Notes under the pieces: generated by a model | What the model was told of the DNA's origin: nothing | What the model saw: only the letters and a program-made list of their open reading frames with translations | The model's database searches: none | In this document: positions 1 to 12,727 of the stretch, piece by piece | Layout of the letters: each line of letters starts with the position of its first letter | Numbering within the stretch: position 1 is the first letter of the stretch | Assembly (NCBI GenBank): GCA_023213395.1 | Contig: CM041465.1 | Location: 88,109,741-88,173,740, forward strand | Length of the DNA stretch: 64,000 nt | From: Cycas panzhihuaensis | Taxonomy: Eukaryota; Plantae; Cycadophyta | Direction: 5' to 3' | Translations under genes and position numbers: made by a program

Positions 1-761
1 CCTAACGCTCCTTATCACAGTTTGTGTTGCAAGAGGAATACTAGTGGGGCTTCCTTACCTTCCCCAAGGACTGAATGCAGAAAGAAACTAAAAGGAAAAG
101 AGTTGCTCACAAAGAAAATTCAAAGTAATGTAATGATAATAAAAGAGGTATATATACCTTTCATGAAGGCCTTTACTTGCTCCAAAAAAGGTGAAACCTG
201 CACAATGAGTTATTTGTCCTTCCCTAAGGCTGCTAGAAACACACAGGAGCAAATGCGTGCTCATATATACATATACATGCTTATCAAAGGAAAAGAATAT
301 GATCTTATATAAGTGTCTTTTAAATAAGCATAATATGCAATCTAAACTTTACCTAATATGCATGTAGAGTACTCTAATGACTATGGTAAAAGGGAAGGAA
401 AGATAGCCTTAGAATGGCTAGCCCTCCAAGTAAGATACCTTCACACATGCAAGTACTCTAACCAATGGATCAAGCAAGAAACCAAGGATTTCAAGTAGTA
501 GAAAAGGCAACAAGATTTGTGAATGGTGCATGTTGTAAAAGACACAAAAGTTGCAAAAGTTACAATATGTAACTTTTGTAAGATTTATGGAAGTGAAGAT
601 GAAACTTTGTAAACCACAAGGGATTACTACAAAAATTAGATCTTAATAGGGCATGAAGGCTGTTTGTAGGCATTGCAAGCTGCTGCCAATGTTACAACTA
701 ACAAGATCCCCTACCTCAAGGGTTTCTGGGTATGTAAAAGAGGTATAGGGAGAGAAAAAGT
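1..761 (-). repeat. 3' LTR fragment of element A (or of a sister element)
   Basis: Colinear with 10493-11261, roughly 85% identity by eye and mostly transitions; similarity stops abruptly after 'agagaaaaagt'. Confidence 0.88.
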
Positions 762-789
762 ACTCCGGAAGCTAACCACCACATGTGCC

Positions 790-1780
790 GACAAGTAGAA
801 AGAGAGCAATAGGTAGGGCTTCAATGGCAGTAGTGGCTATAGTGGCAGTAGAAGAGGTGGCGATAGCCATGGCAGAGGAGGGAGCAGAGGTAGGGGATGC
901 TTCGTAGCCGAAGAGATAAGAGAGATAGTGTAAGGGGCAGAGGAGAGAGGAGAAGTAGCTAAGGGAGCTCCTACAAAGGAGGTGGCCATCAGAGTCGAGG
1001 AGCCAACCATCCCAGGAGGTGAGACACTACCTTAACTCGATATCTTTTGATCACTAATTATTTAGATAGTTTTCTTTGATTTGATTTAGATACCTTCATA
1101 TATATATTGTTAGACTGACATATGGTAGGCATGGTTTGGCAAGTGCGGTGGAGATGAGGAGGTTATTAGAGGCAGTAGTCTAGGAGTTATTTCCCCTGGT
1201 CTATGCAAAGGGACAACCTCCCATCCTAGCCAGTGAGGAGCCTCAATCGGCAGGGTCATACACAACAGTATTTTCCCTGTTGATCAGGGCTAGAGATATG
1301 TAGGTGGTAGAGTCCCAGGGACACCAGGTGAGGATAGGATAGCTGGAGGGAGAGCTGGATGGACTCTGTGTAGAGAGGGACCAGTTAGCCATGGAGAGGT
1401 ACCAGATAGTTATGGAGAGGGATGCCTTACAAGGCCAGGCCTAGGAACTAGAGGCCTAGGGGAGAGGAGCAGCGGGCAGAGATACGAAGAGTGAGATCAG
1501 GATTTCCATGTTGGGGAGCGGCTATAGAGAGCATAGGGGAGAGAGATCGTATCCAAGCGAGATATGATCAGTTGGTAAAGTAGGCTGTCATCAAATCATC
1601 ACAAAGTAGATCTCACACTCATACAATGACGATGACCTAGAGGAGGCCTTATGATGATGGGAGTGAGGCAGGGAGCTCACAATGACGTCAGAGGAGCCTA
1701 AGAGGTATGTGGTCTCTTGGCGAGGGGTCTCGTAGGTGAGGAGATGATACCCCCTAAGGGCAGGGCATTGATGAGCTTAA
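790..1780 (+). pseudogene. Remnant of an antisense accessory ORF of element A with a coiled-coil-like segment
   Basis: One frame from ~1130 reads HGLASAVEMRRLLEAVV*ELFPLV...RIG*LEGELDGLCVERDQLAMERYQIVMERDALQGQA*ELEA*; these stops are TAG, consistent with CAG deamination. Confidence 0.6.
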
Positions 1781-2583
1781 TGTATTATTGATTTTAGGTA
1801 GGAAAGCATTGGACCTCCAAGGAGTCTCACCATATGTAGACACATGATTATACCCCTCCCTGCAAGGATTCTAGCTTCCTGAGGTATGATGTCTAAATGA
1901 TGTACTATATGACATTGTATGATATGATTTATGTGTATAGATAGGGGCCAATTAGTACCCCATTTGACCCATAATGATGGTATTGTGATGATTTTGTGAT
2001 GTTGTTGTATTATTTTTTTGTTTATATATATGTATAGAGAGATAGATGCATGCAGATATAGGTGCACGGATGCATGAAGGATTATGCATTATGATGGTTT
2101 TAGTCGATTGTTATATATGGTTTTTGTTGTTAGATCATATGTGGGTGATACTCACGTGTCCTTTCATGCAGGACCACACTCATAGTGGGCACACCCAACC
2201 ACCATGTGTATAGGCGATAGGTACATATGAGGCTAAGAAGGGGGAGTCATGCATATCCATCGAGGGAGCATAACAGATATGCAAAAGAAACAACAACAAA
2301 GAGAGAGTATAGATACTCAAGCAAGAGGCCCTAGTTGGGATGTGATTCCAAGCTCAAGAGCTAAGGAAGTTTACATGTCTAACTAGGAGAGGAGAGGTTT
2401 CCCTCAAAAGGGAAACAAAAGGTGATATGCAAGCAACGAGACCATAAAGATGAGAGGCCACTCCAAGTCACCATCCCACCTGTGGTAAGGGGGAATGGGG
2501 ACATACTTAGAGTGGTAGTTTAGGCTTATTTCGAAGCGAGAGAAAAGAAGGGGTGTGCCTAATCTACTCGAGAGTAGGGAAGG

Positions 2584-5500
2584 TTACACATAGAATTTCT
2601 TTAGGAAATTGCCATTGATAGATTTCTCAAACTTGAGACCTTCTAGAGTTGCAATTGTGTAGGCACCATTATTGGGGCTTTTGAGAATGACGAATGGACC
2701 AATCCATTTAGGCTCGAATTTGGATAAGCGATTGTGGATGTATTCTAGCATGAGGACGTGGTCCTCAAGATGCAAAGGGTGAGGTTAAAGATGCTTATCA
2801 TACGTTCTTCGTACCCTAGATTTAGAGGTAAGATTCACTTGATATGTGATCAAACGTCTCTCATCTAAAGCTTCGAGCTCAAGGAGGCAGGCTTAGTGAT
2901 AGGATTCCTTGTCAATAAGACCTTGAAGGGAGACAAGCAAGCAGGGAATTTCAACTTCCAAGGGGAGAAACACCTCAGTTCTATACACGAGGAGAATGGG
3001 GTCATCCCTATGACCATGCGAATGGAAGTGTGGTATGCCCATAAAGCATAGGGAAGTTGAAGGTGCTAATCCTTTTGGATTAAGTGATGGTTTTCTTTAG
3101 GATGTTTATAAGAGCCTTGTTGAAGGACTCGATTTATTGATTGGCCTGGGGGTAATAAGGAGAAGAAGTCTTGTAGGATATATGAAACTTCCCACAGAGC
3201 TCCTCTATTTCCTTATTACAAAAGGGAGTTCCATTATCTGTGTTCAAGACATCAGGAACCCTAAATTGACAGATAATATGCTAGTAGATGAAGGTAACTA
3301 TAGTCTTACTGGAAGTGGAAGACAAGGGGACTACTTCGGCCTATTTAGTGAAATATTCCATCGCAGTCAAGATAAACTTATGTTGCAACAAAGAAGGAGC
3401 GGTTATGGCCCTAATGAGGTCTAATCCCCATTGGTAAAAAGAACATGGAGAGATAATAGGATGTGGGGCCTCAAAAGGTGAATGGATGATGTTGAAGTGC
3501 TCCTAGCACCTATGACATCGCAAAGCACAGGCATGGGCATCCTTGAAAAGGGACGGCCAATAGTAACCCATGTGAAGGATCCTCTGGGCCATGGATTGGA
3601 CCCCAAAGTGACCTCCACAAATGCCATTATGGTATTCACAAAGTATCTGGTTCGCCTCATCAAGGTTGACGCAGTGAAGGAAGACCCCATCAAAGGATCT
3701 TTTATACAACACCTCCTCTATGAGGAAATACTATCTAGCAGTGGCCCTAACACATGACCTCACCTTGTCACTAGTATTAATATGATACTACCATTTAGTA
3801 AGGTATCGTACGATATCCCCATACCATTCACTATTAGACAATGGATGGGGGGATGAGTTTTGAACAGAAAAGATAGGCTTATCTGGCAAGGAATCATCGA
3901 TAGGAGTGTTTAAAGAGTTAGGGATCGGGGTGTCAGCTAGTTACTCAACAACCACCATACCCTTCCTCGACCTCCTATTGACAATTTAGAGATCGTATTC
4001 TTAAAGGAGAATGGCCCACTTATCGGTCCTACCAGTCAAGTTGGATCAGGTTAGGAAATGTCTTAAGGGATCTAATTGGACGATCACTTGAGTGGTGTTA
4101 CCAAGCAAATAATTCCTAAATTTCTTTGTGGCATGCACCAAGGTGAGGCATTCCTTCTCAGTAGGTGAATAGTTGAGCTCAGTGGTAACTAAGGTGTGAC
4201 TGATAAAGTAGATAGCCCTCTCGATTCTCAAATCATCCTCTTAAGCAAGCATAGCCCCTAAGGATTCATCGGTAGACGAGGTGTAAAGGATAAAAGGCCG
4301 ATCGAAGAGGGGAGGTGCTAAGATCAGGGCAGAAGCCAATGCTCTTTTGAGCTCTTTGAAAGCTTCCTTGGCCTTTGGAGACTAAATGAATGGGGGCCCC
4401 TTCTTCAATAAGTTAGTGAGGGGTTTAGTATTTATGGTGAAGTTTGCCAAGAAACATCTAAGGAAACCCAACCTACCTAAGAACGACTTAATTTGCCATT
4501 GAGTCTTGGGAGGAGGCATTTTAAGGATGGCCTTGACTTTATCAAGATCAATCTAGATTCCTTGTTTTAAAATAAGGAAACCCTAAAGTTTGATGGTTGT
4601 TATAGCAAATACACATTTAAGAGGATTCAAGCTAACATGATATTTGTGACACCTAGTAAAGATGGCATGCAAATCGTCGAGATTCTGGGTCCTTTTACAC
4701 AAACAACCCATCATGTCATCCATGAAGACCTCAAGGGTTTTGTTTATGAGATCATGGAAGATGAATTGCATCACCCTTTGGTAAGTGGCACTTATATTTT
4801 TTAGTCCAAAGGGTATCACCTTATAAGTGAAGGTACCCTAAGGAGTGGTGAAGATCATTTTGTGATGGTCTTTAGGAGAGATCAGGATCTGGTTATACCT
4901 AGAGAAGCCGCCCATCAAGGACATGACTTCAAATCCAACGATTTAATTGATGATTTGATCAATGAAAGGTAGAAGGAAGTTGTCTTTGGGACATGCATTA
5001 TTAATATCAAAGAAATCAACACATATCTGAATCATTTCATTCTTTTTAGCAACAGGAATGATATTTGAGACCCACTTGGGGTAATTAGTGGAGGTGATCA
5101 ACACTGCGTCTAGGAGTTTCTCAACTTCCATCTTCACGGCAGTGTATAGTTTAAGATGGAGAGGGCATAGCTTTTATCACAAAGGGCAAGTACCCAGAAT
5201 AGTAGTAAGGTTATGGGTGATAATGGAGGGCTATATTCCCTTCATATCAGTGTAATCCCATGTAAAAATGTCATGGAGCTCCTAAGAAAGAAGGGTGTAT
5301 TCCTTCATTTCTTTAGGGGAACACTTCACTCCCACCTTAATGACCTTGCCAAGAGAAAGGATGATGTCCTTGGTTGCTCCTATGCACATGGCATTCCCTT
5401 CTTTAAAATGAAGAGAGGCTTGGTCAATAGGAAGGGGTGAAGAAGAGCTAGGCAAACTTGGGTCGGCTAAGGGTGACCCAAGGGCTAAAATCTTCTGGTA

Positions 5501-6760
5501 ACCAAGTTTATGGTGACTAGGAGGGAGGTTGGGCATGAAGCCTACTAGATGCTCTAACAATGCCTCTTTATTCTTAAAGTAGTCTATCCCATGGATAGCT
5601 ACTCCTGGAGAAGATGAGAAATGAAAAGTAGGAGGAGTGGCAGGACCATAGTGGTCGACCCACCACTCAATATAGTTAAGAGACTCTTCAGAAGAGTTAG
5701 AGGGTGATTTCCTGTGATAGGTGATAGGAGGTTCCCTTACCTCACCACTTGAGAAGGGTGATGAGATGGAAAAATAAGTGAGATGGGGAAGTCACACAAG
5801 AGATGGTAGTAATGACATGTGACTCGGGAGGAGGACTAGGCTCCTCAATGGAAGAAGCTTTAAGTCGGGACCTGAAACAAAGCAAACGCCCCCTACTCAT
5901 ATTCAGGAGGGATATGGGATGAGGGAGATCCTCATCCTCACTATTAAACTCATCATCACTCAACACGATGAGGTATCCATAACTTCCCACACCAATAGGG
6001 ATGAAATGAATGAGGTTGGAGAAAGAAGAGGAAGGGCCTTCTTCTGAACAAGATGAATTAGGAATGTCAATAAAGTAAGCGAAAGTGTGGGCGGATGGGC
6101 CCTTATTGCCCTTCGCATGGTCACAAATTGCTTGATGGGATTGATGCAATTTCTTGGTAGGAGGAGGCTCCTGGGAAACAATCTTCATTTGCCCTTCATG
6201 GACGAATTTGAGTTTCCCCCTACGGGATGAACACATGTCTCCCATCTGATCAAGCCATAGACATCCCAATAAAAGATTGTAGTCCACATCTACATTGAGG
6301 ACTACAATATCAGCAAGGACAGTTTTGTCCTCAAGGATAAGAGGAATGAAGACAGATCTTAAAGGTGTTTTCTCGCTATTATCGTAGCCTTGACAAGGCC
6401 ATGGCACTGGCTCGAGAGTCACTATGCCTAACTCTTACATGATTTGCAAGGGCATAGCATTGACAAAAGAACCGTTGTCTATAATAGTTCTTCGAAGAGT
6501 ATATTTAGGAGTGTCTATGGATATATTAAAAGTGTAGTGCCATCAACATTCCCTTTTACTAATTAGAGGGAGATCTTTAAGGTTGAATGAGATAATGGGT
6601 TCACAGCTTGGGGCAACCCCCAAGACATGAACAAAAGTGTTGACCAATCCTAAAGTCTCCAAGAGGAGAGTATGCTGCTCTGGATAGCTTCTCAAGACAT
6701 CTATCATAGACATCCCTATAGCCATGATGTGAAGCTTATCAATGATGAAGAAGGGCTTTT
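2584..6760 (-). pseudogene. pol: pol of element A (protease, RT, RNase H, integrase with GPF motif), frameshifted
   Basis: PR IIDNGS and YNLLLG (6540-6180); RT ICVDF..INNACPKDNF, PFGLKN..ATYQR, FMDD (5140-4580); RH NYSPTEKECL (4231-4046); INT HNGICGGHFG...CHRC (3712-3503); KFEPKWIGPF (2775-2584). Confidence 0.93.
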
Positions 6761-7199
6761 CCTTCCTAGTGGGTTAGGGAAGTGCCCTTCAAAAATCATA
6801 ATGATCGGGGCAAACGAGGATCGTCTTGGGAAGTGGCGGAATCTCTGAAGGAGGATTCTCCAAAGAAGGGTCAAGATGAGAGGAAGAAGAAGCGTCTATG
6901 GCTTGTTTGGCCACTTAAGACCTGGTTAAAGCATATAAAGGCATGGTCTCAAGCATCTAGATAACTCTCTTTCCCTTATTTCAGGATTGATAAGGAGAAG
7001 GAGTTTGACGATAAGAATCAGAAGAGGAGGAAGAGTTCCTTACCCCCTTCCCCTTAGCTTATTCGGGGCAAGGGTTAGTGGATCTTTCCCTATTTCGATT
7101 CCCCCTTTATTGGGTATGTTAATCCCATTCCCTATGTTTGGTGAAAGGATCTATATGAACGAGTTGGTCTAGATTGGGCCTAGATGCTCGTTTAGGAGA

Positions 7200-9300
7200 G
7201 GAGTCATGATGCAGGGCAAGTTTGAAATGTTGCACCTTACATTGCGATTCCTCATGGAATCACTCACCATGAATGGATCACCATTTCTTCTCCAAGGAAG
7301 AATTTGTCTTCCTCACTTGAGAAGCATGGGTATTTCCATTCTTAGAAGGCGTGGCTTGGGAGGCTTGATGAACGCGTTTATGAGAAGTTAGTGATAAAGG
7401 AGACACTTGGAGTTTAAGCTCCTTCATCGTACATTCAAAAGAATGTATAGTAAAAGTCAATAGGTCTAAGGTCTTCTCTATTGAATGGGTTGAAGACTTG
7501 GATCTCAATAGCCTCGAGAGCCAAACATTTGGCTATGGTAGAGTCACATGTTATCACCTCCATCTTGAGCACTTTAACATGTACTTCAGGATGAAGAGCA
7601 TTTATAAAAAGATCCCTCTTTAACTCCTTAGGCAGGGTTGCCTTCGTGGAGTAGAGGAGATTGTGAAAACGCCTAACAAAGTTATGATTCATTTCTTCAT
7701 GACCTTATTTGAGGGATAAGAGAGCCTTTATTCCACTCTCGAAGGGGCGAGCAATGTCAAAATAGTTGACGAACTCATCGACGAGTTGTTGGAATGAGTG
7801 AATTGAATGTGCAAGAAGGCGATAAAACTACTTGAAGGCATTACCTTGCAAATAATACAGGAAAAGTTTTATCAAATGTGATCATAAGCCCAATAGTCGA
7901 TACATGCCATAGAAAAGCTTCTAACCTGTTTCGTTGGGCCTTGAGAAGAGGTCCCATCAAACTTAGGTACCTTAGGAGGATGAGGCGGTAAGTTAGTCCT
8001 TAGCGCCTCGATCGATAAGGGAGTTGACCTATAGTCCATGAAGGGACAGGCCCTTGGTTAGACTATTAGGTCAACAAAGGATGAAGGAGGAAGTGTGCAA
8101 GTATACCCAAATCCTCCTTGGGAAACTTGGCCCAAAAGGGGATACGAACTTCCTCCCACTTAGTGGGAAAGGACTAACCCTGAGTGCAAGGGGATTGGAA
8201 AAGAAGTAGATGGGTAGGAAGGACACATCCTCCCTTGAGGGTATGCCCTGTATTGAAAGGGGACTTGGGAGAGGGTGCCTTAAGGAGGGGCTTGTCCTCC
8301 TTGCAAAGGCACCATATAGGAAGGGATGCGAGAAGAAGAAATCGATGGGTACGGGTAAATTTTGCCCATATGAACCACTCGTAGCTGGTGCAACACCATA
8401 TGGGTGAAAGGGATCCACCCCATAGATGGAAAGAGGATTCCCTTTACCATGCCCCTATGGTTAGGAAGTATATCTCGAGGGTGCATAAAGAGATGAATCC
8501 TTGAGTTGAGTTTAGGAGTGTGTGGGGATTTATCTCACACGGCTAAAAGTAGGGGGATACATAGGTCCCCTAGGTCTAACAGAAGGTGGATGAACCACAG
8601 TTGGCTGAGGCATGGTTGCCTAACTAGGAGGAGGCATACTTAACCCAAGTTGGGAAGTGGGCATACCTTGGGTGGCCCTTAAGGAATGCAGGCCACTAGA
8701 AGAAGAATAACTAATAAAGGATGGCCCCATTGTAGATAATAAAATTGAATGAGATGAGTGTGAGGGTGCAAATATGGAGGAGGAGGGTCCCATACTTCAC
8801 AAGATGCTTTCTAACCACTTGGGAGGTGGTTGGAGGCTAGCTACTTGGAAGCATTTATTAAGCACTTCCACCACATCCACAGGAGGGGTTCCCACTTGCT
8901 CATATGAGGTTGAAGGAACCTCATATAAAGTGGACCTCACAAGGCAATCCCCATGTGTGTTGTCACCAAGATGGTAATACGCCATGGGGGAAGAAGCTTC
9001 CACATCATGAGTGGGAAGAAGATGGACACGTGGGTGCTCTTGATCATCCAAATAGAAGATGGGGTCCTCACCCTCTTAGGTGGGGGCATGGAAAGAAGTC
9101 GAAGGTTGGTGAGTCTCGGAAACATAGGCGTGGTATGCCCAATTTGAGGAGAATCCCTCCATAGCTGATTCAGAATCAGACAATTAAAGGAGAGAATAAG
9201 GAGAGTCTTCCAACGAAGGAGGGAGACCTCATAAACGACAAGAAAATCATCGCATATAAGTCCTTCCTAAGATTTGGAAGAAAGAGGAATAATAGAATGA
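7200..9300 (-). pseudogene. gag: gag of element A (Pro-rich N-terminus, retrotransposon gag core, CHHC-type knuckle remnant)
   Basis: PPKVPKFDG near 7980; FVRRFHNLL...LFINALHPEV (7692-7435); KKW*SIHGE*FHEESQC near 7290-7240. Confidence 0.8.
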
Positions 9301-9395
9301 TAGATGTTGGGGGTTGCCCAATGAATCGAGAAGGACTACTAATAGGAGAGATAGCACCAATAGAAAGGGGATTATGATAGACCCTTTACTAACGA

Positions 9396-9414
9396 GTCCC
9401 CAGTACGGTCGCCA
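9396..9414 (-). other. Primer-binding site of element A (Tat/Ogre-like, probably tRNA-Arg type)
   Basis: Minus strand TGGCGACCGTACTGGGGAC, immediately after the LTR end. Confidence 0.75.
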
Positions 9415-9415
9415 G

Positions 9416-12400
9416 TGGAAGTACACCTATGGAGGATCACCAAATGCAAGGAGATCAAACCTATACAACCAGTAACTATGGGGCTAAAGGATCTTTAGAA
9501 GGAAAGCAAAGGATTACTCACAAAGGGTGTCTGTGTGTCAAAATGTAGGCTCGAGGACTTGCAAATGGTGCACAAATATCCCCTAACGGTGAGCACCTTC
9601 TCAGATTTGAGATGGGCAAGGGACCTTCCTTGGTTTACTAAGTGGCCTCAAAGGGACCCTGTTATCCTGAATGGTCGAGGAAGGAGGATTGAGATGAAAG
9701 ATACCTTTCTCGAGAAGAGGGAAAGGAAGGATGTAGATCCTAATGGAGGAAAGGTTACCTATGAATAAGAAATGAATGATAGGTAGTGAAGGTATAAGGA
9801 GGGAGTTGGGTGGAAAATAACCAACTCCCAAACAAAAGTAAGATAAGATGGTGGCTTGCCGAAAGAGGGCACCTTGAGGAGCATGCTCCTAAGGTACCAA
9901 CATCCTAAATGGATGGCTAGGTATGCAAGGGTTAGGCAATGTGTCCTTTATTTCATTTTACAATGAATAGGATAGTGTTATGGGTTGTTGCTATTTCCAG
10001 TTTATTTTGAATTAAAAAAGAGAAAGAAAACAACAACAACACACACTCTCTTAATTCTTGCCTCTCTCTCTTTTCTTTTACAAGTGTCAAAGGAACCAAG
10101 GATGTAAGAACTAGTGCAAGCTAACCTAGTAGTGCACAAGAAAGAAAGAAAAAGATTATGGTAGAGAAACTTACAACTTTTTGTACCCTTACCCTAGCAG
10201 ATACAAGAGTTATGCAGGAAGAGGGGAATTGGAATGCAACAATGGTAGGGAACTGCCCCACTAGTGGGACTAATGCCTACACGTGCAAAATGACTATCCC
10301 TTCCTCTACATGAGCAAGCCAAACAACCTACTAGCAACAAAACATAAACAACTTTTCCTTCTTCTTCTTCTTTTCTTAGGAGTAAGGAGGGAGAGGAGCG
10401 AGCAAGAAGATAGGGTAAGAAGGAATGCACCTGGAACTGGGATGGATGATGTAGAGGGCCCTTTCTCTTTTCTCACAATCCACTCTCATCTGCCTAACAC
10501 TCCTTGTCACGGTTGGTGTTGAAGGAGGAATACCAATGGGGGTTCCTTACCTTCCCTAAGGACTAAATATGGAAAGAAACTAAAAGGAAAAGAGTTGCTC
10601 ATAAAGAAAGTTCAAAGCAACGTAAAGATAAGGAGGTGTATGTACCTTTCACGAAGGCCTTTGCTTGCTCCAAAAAAGGTGAAACCTGCACAACAAGTTG
10701 TTTACCCTTCCCCAAGGGTGCTAGAAACATAAAGGAGTAAATGCATGCTCGTATATGTACATATATACTTACCAAAGGAAAAGAATATGATCTTATACAA
10801 GTGTCTTTTAAATAAGCACAATATGCAATTCAAACTTTACCTAGTATACATGTAGAATGCTCTAATAACTATGGGGAAAAGGGGGGTAAAAAGGGAGGAA
10901 AGATAGCCTCAGAATGGCTAGCCCTCCAAGTAAGATACCTCCATGCATCCAAGCACTCTAACCAATGGATCAAGCAAGAAGGCAAGGTTTTCAAGCAGTA
11001 GAAAATATAATAAGATTTGTGAATGGTGCATGTTGCAAAAGACGTAAAAGTTGCAAATGTTGTAATATACAACTTCTACAAGATTTGTAGAAGTGAAGAT
11101 GAAACTTTGTAAACCACAAGGGATTTCTATAAAAATCAAATCTTAAGAGGGAATAAAGGCTAGTTGTAGGCATTACAAGCTGCTGCCAATGCTACAACCA
11201 GTAGGATCCCCTACCTCAAGGGTTTTTGGGTGCGCAAGAGAGGTATGGGGAGAGAAAAAGTGCAAAGAGTAGGGGGCTACCCTATAGGAGATGGCCAAGA
11301 GGGTTTGAACCCTAGCCTAGAACTCCTTTTTCCCTTTGTTGCACCCTTTTCTCTCAACCTCCTTGATTGGAACCTGGGAGAAAGCTCAAGGCATGAGGGA
11401 AATGAGCCAAGAAAAAGAAGGGTTTACCTTCTAGAAGAGATGTGTGTGAAGGGGTCTCACAAAGAAAACTAGACAAACATGCAAAGAACCTCTTTTTCCA
11501 AAGGAAAGAGACAATATACAGCCCTAGAAAACCTGCTAAAATTAGTTTGAAATAGTTTTACCTTGTGAGATGGCTGGGAAAAGGGTTCCCTTAAGGAATA
11601 TGTGAGAAATCCCTGTAACGGCACAAGAAGAGAGTGTAACCTACAATGAAACTTAATACTAATGATTTGATGAAGCATTTAAGAGGAGGATCTATCCAAA
11701 ACTAGCTAATGTAGACCTACGACTTAGGGTTTTTACCCTAAAGAAAGTGGAGTTAGGAGTGAAGAGTAGATAACAATAGAAGAGAGCTTTCTTTTTTTAG
11801 AATTTCTCTAAGAGAGGAGAGGAAGAATGAGCTAATTTTTGGATTTTTAAACCCAACCCTAACCTATCGGGTGATTAGGGACCACTTTGGGTAGGAAACA
11901 ACTCAGTGCCACATGCCAGTTTTGTAATTAATGTGAAAATGGTTGTGGCCAGGCAAAAAACTAAGGGTGGACAGTCACACCATGACAAACTTCTGGATAC
12001 CACAGAGGTTGTCGTGATACCCCGAATAATGCCACAATGCGCTCAAAACAAGGTGAAAAACAAAAGGGGGGCTTGGAAGGCTCCCAAAAAGGGGGGTTCT
12101 AGACCCCAAAAGGGCAAAATAGTGAGTTGTCGGGGTGTCTAAGGGTTTAGAGAGTTGGCGAGACCATAAGAAGCTAGAAAAAGGTGGAAAAAAGGCCCCA
12201 ATGAAAGACAAATGGTGAACAAGGATGATGATTGGGCCTAAATGAGTTGTTAGGGATCACATCACACCAAAACGGTGGTAAAGAGCAAGCTGTGAGAGCC
12301 AAGAGTGCTTGAGGATGATGTGGAGGCATGGTGGAGTGTCATGAAGTGTAATGGGATGCTTGTCCTGAGTTGTCATAGGCTAAAGTATTAGATACAAAGA

Positions 12401-12528
12401 TGAGTAGGCATGCAAGCCAGGCATAACAATCATGCAATCAATCAACATCATGCAACATGTGTCTAATGACAATTCAATTACATTCAGAAACCAATAAAAG
12501 CAAGGATAGAAATGTACTTGTACTTACC
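9416..12528 (-). repeat. 5' LTR of element A (~3.1 kb)
   Basis: Inner end abuts the PBS; terminal inverted repeat tggaagtaca / tgtacttacc (8/10); internal part matches 1-761; TATA-like site and CT-rich leader near 11850 on the minus strand; outer boundary uncertain. Confidence 0.7.
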
Positions 12529-12727
12529 TGAGAGGTGGTGTCCATGTCTATTCCTGGTAGCTGGGAAACAATAGTATTCACTATCTTCTAGTTATAGGTT
12601 GAAGTTGCTAAGGAGACAAGTATTTCCCATAATCTGAGAATGACATGGACACAATGGCAATAGGTAAGTAAAGGTATGCACTTATACCCTACTTAACATA
12701 GCTTAGTGTAGCTTAGATTAGTCGTTT

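Larger units (their letters stand above)
1..12528 (-). mobile_element. Element A: degenerate Ty3/Gypsy LTR retrotransposon, non-chromovirus (Athila/Tat group); 3' LTR partly deleted and running off the window
   Basis: Minus-strand order gag-PR-RT-RH-INT with no chromodomain; PBS at 9396-9414; 1-761 aligns with 10493-11261. Confidence 0.9.

Noticed and set aside
5605-5740. Ogre-like intron between PR and RT (GAG|GTAAGG donor, polypyrimidine-CAG acceptor, minus strand)
   Set aside because: The segment is open in the downstream pol frame, and splicing out 136 nt would not restore a frame; a simple frameshift explains it better
12521-12530. TACTTACCTG resembling the U1 snRNA 5' end
   Set aside because: Nothing downstream resembles U1; it is just the complement of a splice-donor consensus or the LTR terminus
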